In this document: one piece after another, positions 19,176 to 29,590 of the stretch
Position numbering within the stretch: position 1 is the first letter of the stretch
How the letters are laid out: the number at the start of each line of letters is the position of its first letter
Virus record (IMG/VR): IMGVR_UViG_2778261638_000005
Coordinates: 6,684 to 70,683 of that record
From: a virus
Lineage: Duplodnaviria; Heunggongvirae; Uroviricota; Caudoviricetes
Strand: one strand, 5' to 3'
DNA: 64,000 bases
Notes under the pieces: model-generated
Database searches by the model: none
What the model saw: only the letters and a program-made list of their open reading frames with translations
Told to the model about the DNA's origin: nothing
Translations under genes and position numbers: made by a program

Positions 19176-19910
19176 ATCGGGAGTGCTTTTAGGGTATGGC
19201 TGAACCCTGAATAGCTTAGTATTTAGCCGCTTCCTTGCTCGCTTGTTCAGGAACCTGATGTAGCGATACTGATTAAATTTGTGCACCACGGCACGCTCTT
19301 TATTAGCCCGTAAATACACGCCTCGTTGTCCACCGCGCTTAATTGCGTTCATCGTTATCTCGTGATACCACTCACCATCCAGCTCGTAGAACGTGCTTTC
19401 ATGGCTGCCAATAAAATCAAAATTCGACGCCTGATACACAACGCCTGCGCGTCCGCAGCGTTCGTCAGCAAAGGACTGAACCCACTCCACTGACGGATAC
19501 AGTAATCTGATAACTTTCAGCGCGTAGCTGATGGCCCGTGATTCAGAGTTGCGGGGCATGTCGTCGTGTAGCCACATGCGATTCAACTCCATATAGCCCC
19601 GGTTATCCGTTTCAAGCACGACACGACGACCTGAGTTGGGGTTAAGGGCATATCCCCACTGGAGAACGCCAACCAGATCGCGTCCGCTGAATACTCCCAG
19701 GTGGAGGTAAGAGTTATTCACAAAACGGCGGGAATAGTGCTTTGTCTGAATAATTGTGCGGGCCAGCCAGCAGGATATGGTTTCAACGCGCAGCTCCTTT
19801 GAACCATAGCCAACAATCTGGCCTTCATACTCAATAACGCACGGTTTCGTCAGAATGCGTGATTTTTTCTCTTTTCCCACAATGTTTCTCCGTGGGATGC
19901 TCGCAGGCAT
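19173..19910 (-). CDS. mom: Mom DNA-modification protein
   Basis: Last gene before the right end, overlapping com as in Mu; start codon uncertain (ATG at 19910 or GTG near 19880). Confidence 0.7.
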   Translation of the reverse strand: MPASIPRRNIVGKEKKSRILTKPCVIEYEGQIVGYGSKELRVETISCWLARTIIQTKHYSRRFVNNSYLHLGVFSGRDLVGVLQWGYALNPNSGRRVVLETDNRGYMELNRMWLHDDMPRNSESRAISYALKVIRLLYPSVEWVQSFADERCGRAGVVYQASNFDFIGSHESTFYELDGEWYHEITMNAIKRGGQRGVYLRANKERAVVHKFNQYRYIRFLNKRARKRLNTKLFRVQPYPKSTPD

Positions 19911-20019
19911 TCAGCATTATGATGTGACGTTTGCAACGCGGACACCTGATTTCAATGTGATCAAAGGAATCCGCCTTAAATAACAGTTTGTTGCAGTTTT
20001 TACAGCGAATTGATTTCAT
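19831..20019 (-). CDS. com: Com zinc-finger translational activator of mom
   Basis: 62 aa with Cys at 6, 9, 26 and 29; directly upstream of and overlapping mom. Confidence 0.8.
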   Translation of the reverse strand: MKSIRCKNCNKLLFKADSFDHIEIRCPRCKRHIIMLNACEHPTEKHCGKREKITHSDETVRY

Positions 20020-20130
20020 CTCACCTCCTTTGCATCAATTCGCCACTATCTTAAAAAACATCATGGGTTGAGTGTGGTTATTGGGGCATAATCGATCTGT
20101 ATTACCGATCGATTTAATTGATTCGATCGT
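20020..20130 (-). promoter_or_regulatory. mom operon regulatory region with three clustered GATC sites
   Basis: GATC at 20094-20097, 20107-20110, 20125-20128 within about 35 bp between gin and com, as in the Dam/OxyR-controlled Mu Pmom region. Confidence 0.55.
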
Positions 20131-20695
20131 CGTTTTCTATATGCGCTCGTTTCGCGGGGTGTTTTTTATACAGAGTTGACAGGGCCACATCGTAGATCAA
20201 TGCAACCTGCTTGCGGGGGATTCCTTGTGCTAATAAACGCCCGGCCTGCTCCCATTCCGCTTTGGTTAGTTTAGGTGGTCGCCCACCAATACGGCCTTTA
20301 TTTCTGGCGGCAGCAAGTCCAGCCATCGTTCGCTCGATGATTAGTTCTCGTTCCATTTCAGCCAGGGCACCCATAACGTGGAAGAAAAAACGCCCCATTG
20401 GAGAAGATGTGTCTATGCTGTCGGTCAGACTGCGAAAATTAATCCCTCGCTCCCGTAGTTCCCCGACGAGAGAAATCAGATGTTTCATGCTTCGCCCGAG
20501 GCGATCCAGTTTCCAGACAACCAGCGTGTCACCTTTTTGAAGGCGCTTTAAAGCGCGTTTTAATCCCGGTCGGTCTGTCTTTGTCCCGCTTAATTTATCT
20601 TCAAATATTTGTTCACATCCTGCACAAACAAGAGCGTTTCGTTGCAGGTCTGTATTCTGGTCATTTGTTGATACCCTTACATAGCCAATCAGCAC
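20114..20695 (-). CDS. gin: Gin-type serine DNA invertase
   Basis: 193 aa; N-terminal YVRVSTNDQ catalytic serine motif of resolvase/invertase family; C-terminal HTH; adjacent to invertible segment. Confidence 0.9.
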   Translation of the reverse strand: MLIGYVRVSTNDQNTDLQRNALVCAGCEQIFEDKLSGTKTDRPGLKRALKRLQKGDTLVVWKLDRLGRSMKHLISLVGELRERGINFRSLTDSIDTSSPMGRFFFHVMGALAEMERELIIERTMAGLAAARNKGRIGGRPPKLTKAEWEQAGRLLAQGIPRKQVALIYDVALSTLYKKHPAKRAHIENDDRIN

Positions 20696-20749
20696 TCTGG
20701 ATCTCCCGTTTAAAAGCGCAAATCATGCCATGCAGGCCGGAAACAACCA

Positions 20750-20777
20750 TTATCTAAAACCTCGGTTTACAGGAAAC
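20750..20777. repeat. gix recombination site (gin-proximal copy)
   Basis: TTATCTAAAACCTCGGTTTACAGGAAAC; inverted copy at 23813-23840 with 2 mismatches; matches the Mu gix sequence as recalled. Confidence 0.8.
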
Positions 20778-20931
20778 GGTAAACAGGGCTGGTAACGCCG
20801 TTCAAAAGACAGGCGATACCTTATCCGGTGGGCTTACTTTTGAAAACGACTCAATCCTTGCCTGGATTCGAAATACTGACTGGGCAAAGATTGGATTTAA
20901 AAATGATGCCGACAGCGACACAGATTCATAC

Positions 20932-21780
20932 ATGTGGTTTGAAACAGGCGACAACGGCAATGAATATTTCAAATGGAGAAGCAAACAAAGCACCACAACA
21001 AAAGACCTGATGAATCTTAAATGGGATGCTTTGTCTGTTCTTGTTAAAGCCCTTTTCAGCAGTGAAGTAAAAATATCGACAGTCAATGCACTGAGGATAT
21101 TTAATTCATCTTTTGGTGCCATTTTTCGCCGTTCTGAAGAATGCCTGCATATCATCCCTACACGAGAGAATGAGGGGGAAAATGGTGATATAGGGCCACT
21201 ACGTCCCTTTACGCTTAATCTCAGAACTGGCCGCATAACTATGGGGCATGGTCTGGATGTTACAGGAGATATAACAACTAACGCCTGGGTGTATGCAAAC
21301 AGGTTTGCTATTAATAGTGGCTCAACCTCATGGATTGATATGCGAAACCAGAATGTCATTTTTGGTAGAAACGCAGTATCAACAAGTTCTGCGCAGGCTT
21401 TGTTAAGACAAGACCATGCAGAACGCAAATTTTTTGTCGGTGGACTTGGTAACTACCAGTTTGGTTTTTACATGATTAATAACTCAAGGACAGCCAATGG
21501 CACCGATGGTCAGGCGTACATGGATAATAACGGTAACTGGCTTTGTGGCTCGCAAGTTATTCCTGGCAACTATGGCAATTTTGATTCCAGATATGTGAGA
21601 GATGTTCGCCTGGGTACGCGAGTTGTTCAATTGATGGCGCGTGGTGGTCGTTATGAAAAAGCCGGACACGCAATTACCGGATTAAGAATCATTGGTGAAG
21701 TAGATGGCGATGATGAAGCCATCTTCAGGCCAATACAAAAATACATCAATGGCACATGGTATAACGTCGCACAGGTGTAA
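20932..21780 (+). CDS. alternative tail-fibre variable domain Sv' (silent orientation)
   Basis: Open frame continues upstream to the gix site at about 20779; C-terminus INGTWYNVAQV parallels the S C-terminus INGTWYNAGSI; would fuse to the constant S part after inversion. Confidence 0.7.
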   Translation: MWFETGDNGNEYFKWRSKQSTTTKDLMNLKWDALSVLVKALFSSEVKISTVNALRIFNSSFGAIFRRSEECLHIIPTRENEGENGDIGPLRPFTLNLRTGRITMGHGLDVTGDITTNAWVYANRFAINSGSTSWIDMRNQNVIFGRNAVSTSSAQALLRQDHAERKFFVGGLGNYQFGFYMINNSRTANGTDGQAYMDNNGNWLCGSQVIPGNYGNFDSRYVRDVRLGTRVVQLMARGGRYEKAGHAITGLRIIGEVDGDDEAIFRPIQKYINGTWYNVAQV

Positions 21781-22311
21781 ATGATGCAGCATTTAAAAAA
21801 TATTAAGTCTGGAAATCCTAAAACGAAAGAACAATATCAGCTAACAAAGAATTTTGATGTTATCTGGTTATGGTCCGAAGACGATAAAAACTGGTATGAG
21901 GAAGTGAAAAACTTTCAGCCAGACACAATAAAGATTGTTTACGATGCAAATAATATTATTGTCGCCATCACTAAAGATGCCTCCACGCTTAACCCTGAAG
22001 GTTTTAGCGTCGTTGAGGTTCCTGATATTACAGCCAACCGCCGCGCTGATGATTCAGGAAAGTGGATGTTTAAGGATGGAGCTGTAGTTAAACGGATTTA
22101 TACGGCAGACGAACAGCAACAACAGGCCGAATCACAAAAGGCCGCATTGCTTTCCGAAGCTGAATCAGTCATCCAGCCGCTGGAACGCGCTGTCAGGCTG
22201 AATATGGCAACAGACGAGGAACGCACACGACTGGAAGCATGGGAACGCTACAGTGTTCTGGTCAGCCGTGTGGATACGGCAAATCCTGAATGGCCACAAA
22301 AGCCTGAATAA
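21781..22311 (+). CDS. alternative tail-fibre assembly protein U'
   Basis: 176 aa; N-terminus near-identical in pattern to U ([18 protein letters not shown]); convergent with U. Confidence 0.75.
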   Translation: MMQHLKNIKSGNPKTKEQYQLTKNFDVIWLWSEDDKNWYEEVKNFQPDTIKIVYDANNIIVAITKDASTLNPEGFSVVEVPDITANRRADDSGKWMFKDGAVVKRIYTADEQQQQAESQKAALLSEAESVIQPLERAVRLNMATDEERTRLEAWERYSVLVSRVDTANPEWPQKPE

Positions 22312-22316
22312 AAATT

Positions 22317-22338
22317 AAGGCCCGCTATCGGGCCTTGT
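22317..22338. terminator. bidirectional stem-loop between convergent U and U'
   Basis: GGCCCG-ctat-CGGGCC hairpin between the two stop codons at 22309-22311 and 22340-22342. Confidence 0.5.
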
Positions 22339-22339
22339 C

Positions 22340-22873
22340 TCATTCAGGTTGTTCGGGAAATGTTACTGGCAGGCTGGAGGTGTCTGTAGATTCGACTTTC
22401 TGCGCATAGAGCATCCACTCAGTTAATTTTTGTTTATTCTCGTCGGAAATGATGCCCAGCCGTAGCTGTGAGTCCCATAGCTGGGTTTTATCCCTGACAA
22501 GTTGCAACAGGCTTTGTTTTTCATTCTCTGCCTGCTGCCTTTGTTCCTCCTCGGTATAAGTTCGCTTTATCACTACGCCATCTTTGAACATCCATTTACC
22601 CGAAATATCAGCCCGGCGATTTGCTGTAATATCAGGAACCTCAACGACGCTTGCGCCTTCTGGATTAATTGCTGAAACATCCTTTTCAATACAAATAATA
22701 ACGTCGTTGTGGTCATAGACCATTTTCAACGTATCAGGCTGAAAGTTCTTTTGTTCCTCATACCAGTTTTTCCCATCCTCTGTATAAAGCCATTTGATGT
22801 TAAATTGTTTCGTTAGCTGGTATTGCTCTTTTGTTTTAGGGTTGCCAGCAGTAATGTTTTTTAAGTGCATCAT
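22340..22873 (-). CDS. tail-fibre assembly protein U
   Basis: 177 aa, paralogue of U', immediately after S. Confidence 0.8.
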   Translation of the reverse strand: MMHLKNITAGNPKTKEQYQLTKQFNIKWLYTEDGKNWYEEQKNFQPDTLKMVYDHNDVIICIEKDVSAINPEGASVVEVPDITANRRADISGKWMFKDGVVIKRTYTEEEQRQQAENEKQSLLQLVRDKTQLWDSQLRLGIISDENKQKLTEWMLYAQKVESTDTSSLPVTFPEQPE

Positions 22874-22875
22874 CG

Positions 22876-24336
22876 TTAAATACTCCCCGCGTTATACCAC
22901 GTCCCATTAATGCAATACTGAATTGGCCTTGCCTGAGTTGTATCAATTAATTCATCACGGTTTCCGTTAACTGAACCTGTAACGACATAACCTGACCTGT
23001 CAGACCAGCCGGGACCATTCCATGTCTGAACAGATGACAGACCGCCCAGGCGAATACCTGTAATAAACCTTGAGTTACATTCTGCCTGCGTATATGCACC
23101 AACATCCCCCGCAGAGGGTTTGCGGGTTGTGGTGTAAAACTCTGACCAGTTAGCTTCAAAGCCATAACCATCACGCGCTGAACGATAAAAGATACCGCCG
23201 TTCTTATAATTCACGCGGAACTGTACAGCAGGGCAACTCCCCGCATTCATATTGAAGTGGAGGATTAATGTCGATGCGCCACTGATATCTGCATCATAAA
23301 CGCCGCTATTCCAGTTCCAGCCAACAGCTTTATCATTTGCAACCCTGCTTCCTGTTTGCCCTAAAGCAAATGCAGGCTGCTGGTTTTTCGTGTTGTAGTC
23401 TCTTCGCCAGCCAGGAGCATAAGCATCACCATGATTAATATAAGTGAATTGAGCGTTAGTAATTCCGCCACCGCTGGACGTGCTCGGGGTGGTTACACGG
23501 ATGGTCATGGCTCCTTTATTACCCATAACCTCAATAACGCAACCTGCAAGATGAATAGTTCCACAGCCAGTATCGGTAATAATTTTATTATTGCCGTATG
23601 ACCATGAACATTTGCACATCCAGTATGGGTGATTGAATGCCCCTTGAGAATCCAGCCATTCAATCAATTGTGCCGTCGTCCAGTTTCCTGCACCTGTGCT
23701 AATAGCACTGTGAAAAGCGCGACATGCACCAATATTTTTTGTGAAAGTATCTTTTCCTGGAATATCTGCGCCGTTCTGGTTTTTCTGTAATGCGCCAGAA
23801 GCCTGATTTACCGTTTCCTGTAAACCGACGTTTTGGATAAACAGCGGCTTATTGGGAATATCTGCTCCGTTCCGGTCTTTTGCCAGACGGGCATTGGCAT
23901 TATCCATCGCAATTTTCACCGCTTTTGCGGTGGCTGCCAGCGTTTCACTGGGGCTGTCAGTGGCACTGGTTAGCTGAACGAGTCCTTTTTTGTTCAGGCT
24001 GGCATCATAGATATCCAGATTTTCACGTGCTGTACGCTGTGCTGATGCCCCGGCAGTTTTAATTTCACTGAGGTTATTTTTTATCAGCAGCGCGTTATTG
24101 CTCATAATGGCTTTAATGGACAGTGCAAGCTGGTTTAATTTTGTTTTATCCGGTTGAATACCGGCTTCTTCCAGCGTGTTTAATAACTCCGCCTGCACAA
24201 TATTAAACCAGTCCATGCCGGGCCATGTGATAACATTATTCCCGTCACCTTCTGAAAACCAGCGAACGATAGCACTACGCTGGGCGGATACGGGCGGCAT
24301 GACGGTTACGCCGCTGTCGTTATCAATATAAAACAT
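22876..24336 (-). CDS. tail-fibre protein S (constant N-terminal part plus variable Sv part inside the invertible segment)
   Basis: 486 aa; gix site lies inside the gene at 23813-23840; internal NGADIP repeat. Confidence 0.8.
   Translation of the reverse strand: MFYIDNDSGVTVMPPVSAQRSAIVRWFSEGDGNNVITWPGMDWFNIVQAELLNTLEEAGIQPDKTKLNQLALSIKAIMSNNALLIKNNLSEIKTAGASAQRTARENLDIYDASLNKKGLVQLTSATDSPSETLAATAKAVKIAMDNANARLAKDRNGADIPNKPLFIQNVGLQETVNQASGALQKNQNGADIPGKDTFTKNIGACRAFHSAISTGAGNWTTAQLIEWLDSQGAFNHPYWMCKCSWSYGNNKIITDTGCGTIHLAGCVIEVMGNKGAMTIRVTTPSTSSGGGITNAQFTYINHGDAYAPGWRRDYNTKNQQPAFALGQTGSRVANDKAVGWNWNSGVYDADISGASTLILHFNMNAGSCPAVQFRVNYKNGGIFYRSARDGYGFEANWSEFYTTTRKPSAGDVGAYTQAECNSRFITGIRLGGLSSVQTWNGPGWSDRSGYVVTGSVNGNRDELIDTTQARPIQYCINGTWYNAGSI
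23813..23840. repeat. gix recombination site (copy inside S gene)
   Basis: GTTTCCTGTAAACCGACGTTTTGGATAA, reverse complement of the 20750-20777 site with 2 mismatches. Confidence 0.8.
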
Positions 24337-24878
24337 TAGTTATCTCCGTCATGGTAAACAAATTTATAAATCTGATGTGCGGGTTTATATTTCTCCAGTA
24401 AACATTCCAGCGCACCCGATTCATAAACACGTAACGGCGTCAGAACATTATCCAGCACCGTTGCGTTGCGATAATTTTTAATACCGTAAATATTGACCTG
24501 CGTAACCCACTGGCCTTCTGTGGAATCCGTCAGCCTGACGGTAAAACCGTACTGTGCAGCCAGCCATTCATAAAAGCGCCGACTCAGATTGCCGGTCATA
24601 CGCATTTTATTCGCGGCAGCCCGCTGGCGTTCGGACAAGGTGCCGTTTTCGCTGGTACAGTCCGGCAACCCCAGAAATGATTCCCACTCCCCCAGATACC
24701 AGCGGGATGTGGACGGGAAACGCTCCCGCAGCATTTGCCGCGCATCATCCGCCGCAGTGGCAATCACGTCGCTGATGGCCTGCGCCAGCGCAGATAATTT
24801 GCTGTCGGGGCTTTTATTCCAGGCAAGCCCTGACGGCAGTAATTGCAGAAAGGCCGTCTGATAGGGTGTTACAGCCAT
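24336..24878 (-). CDS. baseplate/tail protein (Mu gp48 position)
   Basis: 180 aa; position and size in conserved Mu tail order. Confidence 0.6.
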   Translation of the reverse strand: MAVTPYQTAFLQLLPSGLAWNKSPDSKLSALAQAISDVIATAADDARQMLRERFPSTSRWYLGEWESFLGLPDCTSENGTLSERQRAAANKMRMTGNLSRRFYEWLAAQYGFTVRLTDSTEGQWVTQVNIYGIKNYRNATVLDNVLTPLRVYESGALECLLEKYKPAHQIYKFVYHDGDN

Positions 24879-25951
24879 TCAATTGTCCCCGGTGTTAACA
24901 GTTCCGTATTCTCCGAACGCTGGATCTCTGTCGGGAAACGCACTTCAAAATCATCCAGACCGGTAACACCTGCCACCGCACGGATAATACGGGAGGGGGC
25001 AAGTGCGCCGCCCGGCGTCACCTCATTAAAAAACATGGTATTAATGGCGTGGGTAATAGCCTGTTTCAGTTCGGCTGTCTTCGGTGATATATAAATCCGT
25101 GGATTTACCGGCTTTGCCTTTGGCGCAAATACAGTGACATTTACACCGTCAGGCTGTCCGACAATCAGACCGGTGATCGGGTCAGTATGACCGGCGATAT
25201 AATCTGCCACGCGTTCCACGTCTGCCGGTTGTGGAAAAATATTGCTCCGGTTATCCATAACAAACGTCACCCCGACTGTGCCACCGCCTTTCCATGTCGG
25301 AAAACACCAGGCACGGGTAACGCCGCTGACTTCACGTGCCCAGCGGACGTAATCAAACTGATTACCGCCGAACGGAGGATACTGGACACGATATTCCAGC
25401 CGTGACAGCAGCTCCGCTGCACTCTCAATATCAGCCCCACCGGAAAACCCTTTTACAGTGATGGCATCGGAAACAACACAGGCAACCGGGGTGATCAACG
25501 TTAAAAGGGTATTCTCACCGGTATTTCCTGCTTCACCGGCAGCCAGTGCGGTAACGGTAATTTCCGTCGTTCCTGCACGGTCAATCACAATGGCATCAGC
25601 CAGGCTGTAAACCACACCATCAGCACGCTGCCAGCGTGTACCGGCAGGAATGGTGGTCGCTGCCGATGTGGTGACAGTCAGCGGGCCGCTGGCGGCTGTC
25701 GCCTGTTTGCGGCGCACGCCCCAGAACCGGCAGTGCTCCAGCAACTCATCTTCATCTGCTGTCGACGGGATAATCTGCCGTCCAACCCATGAAATATGCT
25801 CGTGACAACCGGCAGCAAGGCCCGCCTGAGCATAAGCAATGGCACTCAGCGTTTTTTCACGGGCCTGAGGCCAGCTACCCGGCAGGCGCTGTTCAATATT
25901 CTGTTCTGTACGGGCAATCAGCGATGATAATGTCGGTGGTGAATAAGCCAT
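24869..25951 (-). CDS. baseplate J-like protein (Mu gp47 position)
   Basis: 360 aa; baseplate wedge position. Confidence 0.65.
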   Translation of the reverse strand: MAYSPPTLSSLIARTEQNIEQRLPGSWPQAREKTLSAIAYAQAGLAAGCHEHISWVGRQIIPSTADEDELLEHCRFWGVRRKQATAASGPLTVTTSAATTIPAGTRWQRADGVVYSLADAIVIDRAGTTEITVTALAAGEAGNTGENTLLTLITPVACVVSDAITVKGFSGGADIESAAELLSRLEYRVQYPPFGGNQFDYVRWAREVSGVTRAWCFPTWKGGGTVGVTFVMDNRSNIFPQPADVERVADYIAGHTDPITGLIVGQPDGVNVTVFAPKAKPVNPRIYISPKTAELKQAITHAINTMFFNEVTPGGALAPSRIIRAVAGVTGLDDFEVRFPTEIQRSENTELLTPGTIEWL

Positions 25952-26389
25952 TTAAACCCCGTTAAATGCTGCTTTAAACTCATAAGGAATAACGGAACCA
26001 TCCGGTAATGTCAGTGCAATGTAGAGGTATAACCAGCCCTGATGTAACTGTTCCGCTCTGATGTTAATCGCACTTACCCGGCCCGCTGTTTTCAGCCATT
26101 CCAGCGCCTCTTCGGCATACCCTCTGGCGCGTTCCAGCGTATCCGGTGTGGCTTTTTCACGTGATAACAGCCATAACCGCGAACCGATGGGGCGGTCGCG
26201 GTAACTGTCACCCCACCATCCACGGCGATCATCTGAACCATCCGGCAGCGTGTCAGAATCCAGCGCGCGCCGGTCTGTAAACAGGGAGATTGTCACATCG
26301 GTTGTCAGGCTGTCGTCGGTCAGCATATCAATGCCATCCTGTGCAATATCGCCGCGTCCGTTCGTCCAGATAATGGCTAAATCGGTCAT
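25952..26389 (-). CDS. baseplate wedge protein, GPW/gp25-like (Mu gp46 position)
   Basis: 145 aa, conserved order. Confidence 0.6.
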   Translation of the reverse strand: MTDLAIIWTNGRGDIAQDGIDMLTDDSLTTDVTISLFTDRRALDSDTLPDGSDDRRGWWGDSYRDRPIGSRLWLLSREKATPDTLERARGYAEEALEWLKTAGRVSAINIRAEQLHQGWLYLYIALTLPDGSVIPYEFKAAFNGV

Positions 26390-26979
26390 TGCATTGGCCC
26401 CGTGGTTCCGCCGCTGTCGCCACGGTGGATATGCTTATCCGTCGATTTGCCATTGATGATGGCATCCGGGGCAGTAATATTGCTGTCGAACTGGCTTTTA
26501 CCTTTAACGCCCAGACCTTTCTGGATCTCAACGTCGCCGGTAAACGTGGTTCTGGGTGTGTCAACGGTCATACTTTCATCAGCGTAAACCTCAACCGTTT
26601 TACAGGTAATGATGCAGCGTCCGTCCTTTGTCAGCCTGATACGATGCCCCTCGTGGTGGTAAATGCCTGCATCACCCGGTTCAAGATTTGTCGGGCGGTA
26701 GCGGCGGTCTTCCACCACAACGGCAATCCCCTGATCACGTTGTGCGCCTACACAGGCAATCAGCGCCTCTGCGCCCGGCAGGGGAACGCTGAAATGCCCG
26801 TAATTTTGCAGGCGCTCCACTTCATCAGATTCCTCATCATCCAGCAGGCCGACCTGCAGGTTCTGAACCTTTCGCCCGTCGTTAATCACGTTAACAACAG
26901 CGCGCGCAAGCATCAGGCGCACACGACGCATCAGCGGCGTCAGCAGGCGGTTCAGGGCGGAATCATTTACTCTTTCCAC
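26386..26979 (-). CDS. baseplate spike/assembly protein V-like (Mu gp45 position)
   Basis: 197 aa, conserved order. Confidence 0.6.
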   Translation of the reverse strand: MERVNDSALNRLLTPLMRRVRLMLARAVVNVINDGRKVQNLQVGLLDDEESDEVERLQNYGHFSVPLPGAEALIACVGAQRDQGIAVVVEDRRYRPTNLEPGDAGIYHHEGHRIRLTKDGRCIITCKTVEVYADESMTVDTPRTTFTGDVEIQKGLGVKGKSQFDSNITAPDAIINGKSTDKHIHRGDSGGTTGPMQ

Positions 26980-28106
26980 GGCGGCGTTTTCTCCGGGTGT
27001 CTGCGATAATAATCTTCAACCAGCGCATCAATACCGCCGTTACTGTCGCCGCCTTTCCTGTTTTTACGGTCGCTTTCAACCGGCACCAGAAAGCCTTCGC
27101 GTGGTGCAAGGCTGACGCGGGTTTTCAGCCCGTCCTGGTCATTCAGTATCAGGGTGACTTTGCTGACCAGTAATTCCGTGGTTTTGATGGCATATTTCGA
27201 GGCATCAATAGTGACCAGCAGGTTCGGCATCCAGAGTTGCCCGTCCTTGCGAGTCCATCCGTCAATTTCAGCCTCAAAGGTGATGGATTTTGCCAGTCTG
27301 CGGCGTTGCTCACGCAGGGCGCGGGCCTGTGCATCCTTCGCCGTAATTTTGCTGTCAGCAATGATGATCATCGGTCTGTAACGGGTTACATCACTGTCAG
27401 TGGCGGTCCCTTTCCGGGAGACGATACTTTTCGCATCAATATCATCACCCTCAGCACCGTTTGCGCGGGCATACCCCTTGACGGTGTATTCGCTGAACCG
27501 GTCGCGGAAGTCTTCCTCAAAATCCAGTGTCAGCAGATTTTCTCCGAGAACCAGCTCATCAGTGGCTGTGCTGGCAGCCCGGCTGAATACCAGCTCTCCT
27601 GCGGCATTGCTGGTCATCAGTACACCGCGTGCGCGGGAGGCACGCACCAGCGCCTCATAAACGGTTTCTGAATGGTCCAGCGTGAAGCCGGGAAAAGCTG
27701 CCGAACTTTCCTTATCGGAAAGCTCCCAGCGAACGGTAACGCCATAAGGAGCGCACAGGTCACGCGCAATCTGCTCCAGTGTGCGGTTTTTCCACTGTCC
27801 GCCACTGTAAACGGCAGCACAGTCAATCAGGTCAGCCGTTTTGTCACGTCCGGCGATAGTGATTTTCATGCTGTCAGCGGTCATCTGGCGTCGCCGCGAA
27901 TCGATATAACCGGTGCAGACAATCTGCCCGTCGATTTCCAGCGTGAACGCCTTCCCCGGTGCCAGCCCGGATAAATCTGTACCCGGTGGCACATTCACCC
28001 CCAGCTCAAAATATCCGGCTACGGATTCAATGGAGCGGGTGACAGAGACTGACGTCCAGCCGGTAAAAAGCCTGCCATCCGTTCGCAGCGTGACGGTATT
28101 ACTCAT
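26967..28106 (-). CDS. baseplate hub protein (Mu P position)
   Basis: 379 aa, matches Mu P size and order. Confidence 0.65.
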   Translation of the reverse strand: MSNTVTLRTDGRLFTGWTSVSVTRSIESVAGYFELGVNVPPGTDLSGLAPGKAFTLEIDGQIVCTGYIDSRRRQMTADSMKITIAGRDKTADLIDCAAVYSGGQWKNRTLEQIARDLCAPYGVTVRWELSDKESSAAFPGFTLDHSETVYEALVRASRARGVLMTSNAAGELVFSRAASTATDELVLGENLLTLDFEEDFRDRFSEYTVKGYARANGAEGDDIDAKSIVSRKGTATDSDVTRYRPMIIIADSKITAKDAQARALREQRRRLAKSITFEAEIDGWTRKDGQLWMPNLLVTIDASKYAIKTTELLVSKVTLILNDQDGLKTRVSLAPREGFLVPVESDRKNRKGGDSNGGIDALVEDYYRRHPEKTPPWKE

Positions 28107-29586
28107 TAATCACCTCAATACTGACACCACCGGGAACAAACAACGGGTTGCTGATACCGTTCCTGCGGGCCAGCCGTTGCCAGTTCCGGCTGTTTCCTGT
28201 GTAACGGTACAGAGCCACCATTGCAGGCATCGTCTCCGGCAGGCGGTGCGTTTCACTGCCCGCCAGTTGCAGCCCGCGTTTTTCCAGGTCGGCAACAACC
28301 AGCAGACGCAGTTGCGTAAGCTGAACGCTGTCTGTCGAAAAGCCCTGCTCAGATGCCGTCAGAATGACGGTATCCAGCGCTGCCCCCAGCATGGTGGCTG
28401 TTTTTCCGATATCGGACACACTTTCAAATACCGGGGGCGTGGCTGTACCACTGTCTGAAAAGGATACCTGTGAAAAGCCGCCGTCCGGGGTTATGGCAGT
28501 TAACTGTAACTGTCCCTGTGTGACGGTAGCAGATGTGCTGCTGGCCCCGCTGGCTGTGCCGGTTGTGGTGGACGGAGCATCCAGTACAGGTGCACGGGCG
28601 GCATTATCCATCCGGCGACTGAAATCCAGTGCCGCAGTCAGTGCCTGGCTTGCTGCCTCCGCCCGGTATGTCTGCGCCGCTGCCAGCATGACGTAGTTCA
28701 GTGTGGCAATATTTTTTTCTGCAACCGGACTGTTGTACGAGGTTGTGATTGTCCCCTGTCTGCCTGTGGTGGCGGCATGGCGACGTTCGAATCGCTGCGC
28801 CAGACGGTTCCAGGTGGAAAATGCTGTCCGGGTATCGCATAACGATGAAACGCCGGACAGCGCCCCCATCAGCGAGGAGGCCAGCATGGCAGGCTGGTTA
28901 ATCAGGCTGGTCACAGAGCCTTTCATCGCAGAAAGCGATCCCATCAGACCGCTGACAGTCTGCGTAACCCCCAGATTGTCCACCGCATCACTGATATCAT
29001 CGATGACACCGGTTACAGCTTCCATCACGGCGGTTGCCGCCGCAGTGCCATCTTTTACGGTCTGCCAGACAGAGGACAGCGTATCTCCCAGAGAACCGGT
29101 TACAGCAACGGCCTGTGCCGGTACGGCTGCACTGGTGTCTGTCTCTGAGTCCGGGGCAGTATCCTGCAACGACGGATAAACGGTAACGGTGAACGCGTAA
29201 TAATTCAGTTCATCCGCTTTAGTGCGGCATTCCCATGAATCCACCATGACGTCCACAGTGCCGAAATCAGGATGTACCAGCTCACCGCTACCCGGAGCAT
29301 CAAGAGCATCCATCAGCGCACCCGCTTCATCTCTGGCTGTTTCTGCGTTGCTGTTCAGAATGCAGGCGCTGAATGTACGGGAGCGAAGCTTTTTCCCCAG
29401 GTCATTGACGCCGCCGGTATCACGTAACGGGTACTCGCGTTTAACCAGGCGACGTCCGCCAGCCTGTTTTTGCTCCTCGATGACGAGAAACGGCACGTTA
29501 CGAAACGTGCCTTTGCCGGTTGTTTTCTTACCACCGCTGATTTTATCCCGGACAGCATTAACGGCATTTAAAGCATCTTCAAACAT
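28099..29586 (-). CDS. DNA circularisation protein N-like
   Basis: 495 aa directly after tape measure, as Mu N. Confidence 0.65.
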   Translation of the reverse strand: MFEDALNAVNAVRDKISGGKKTTGKGTFRNVPFLVIEEQKQAGGRRLVKREYPLRDTGGVNDLGKKLRSRTFSACILNSNAETARDEAGALMDALDAPGSGELVHPDFGTVDVMVDSWECRTKADELNYYAFTVTVYPSLQDTAPDSETDTSAAVPAQAVAVTGSLGDTLSSVWQTVKDGTAAATAVMEAVTGVIDDISDAVDNLGVTQTVSGLMGSLSAMKGSVTSLINQPAMLASSLMGALSGVSSLCDTRTAFSTWNRLAQRFERRHAATTGRQGTITTSYNSPVAEKNIATLNYVMLAAAQTYRAEAASQALTAALDFSRRMDNAARAPVLDAPSTTTGTASGASSTSATVTQGQLQLTAITPDGGFSQVSFSDSGTATPPVFESVSDIGKTATMLGAALDTVILTASEQGFSTDSVQLTQLRLLVVADLEKRGLQLAGSETHRLPETMPAMVALYRYTGNSRNWQRLARRNGISNPLFVPGGVSIEVINE

Positions 29587-29590
29587 GGTT

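Noticed and set aside
23811-23845. Possible second tRNA or ncRNA suggested by the palindromic sequence inside S
   Set aside because: Explained by the gix inverted-repeat copy.
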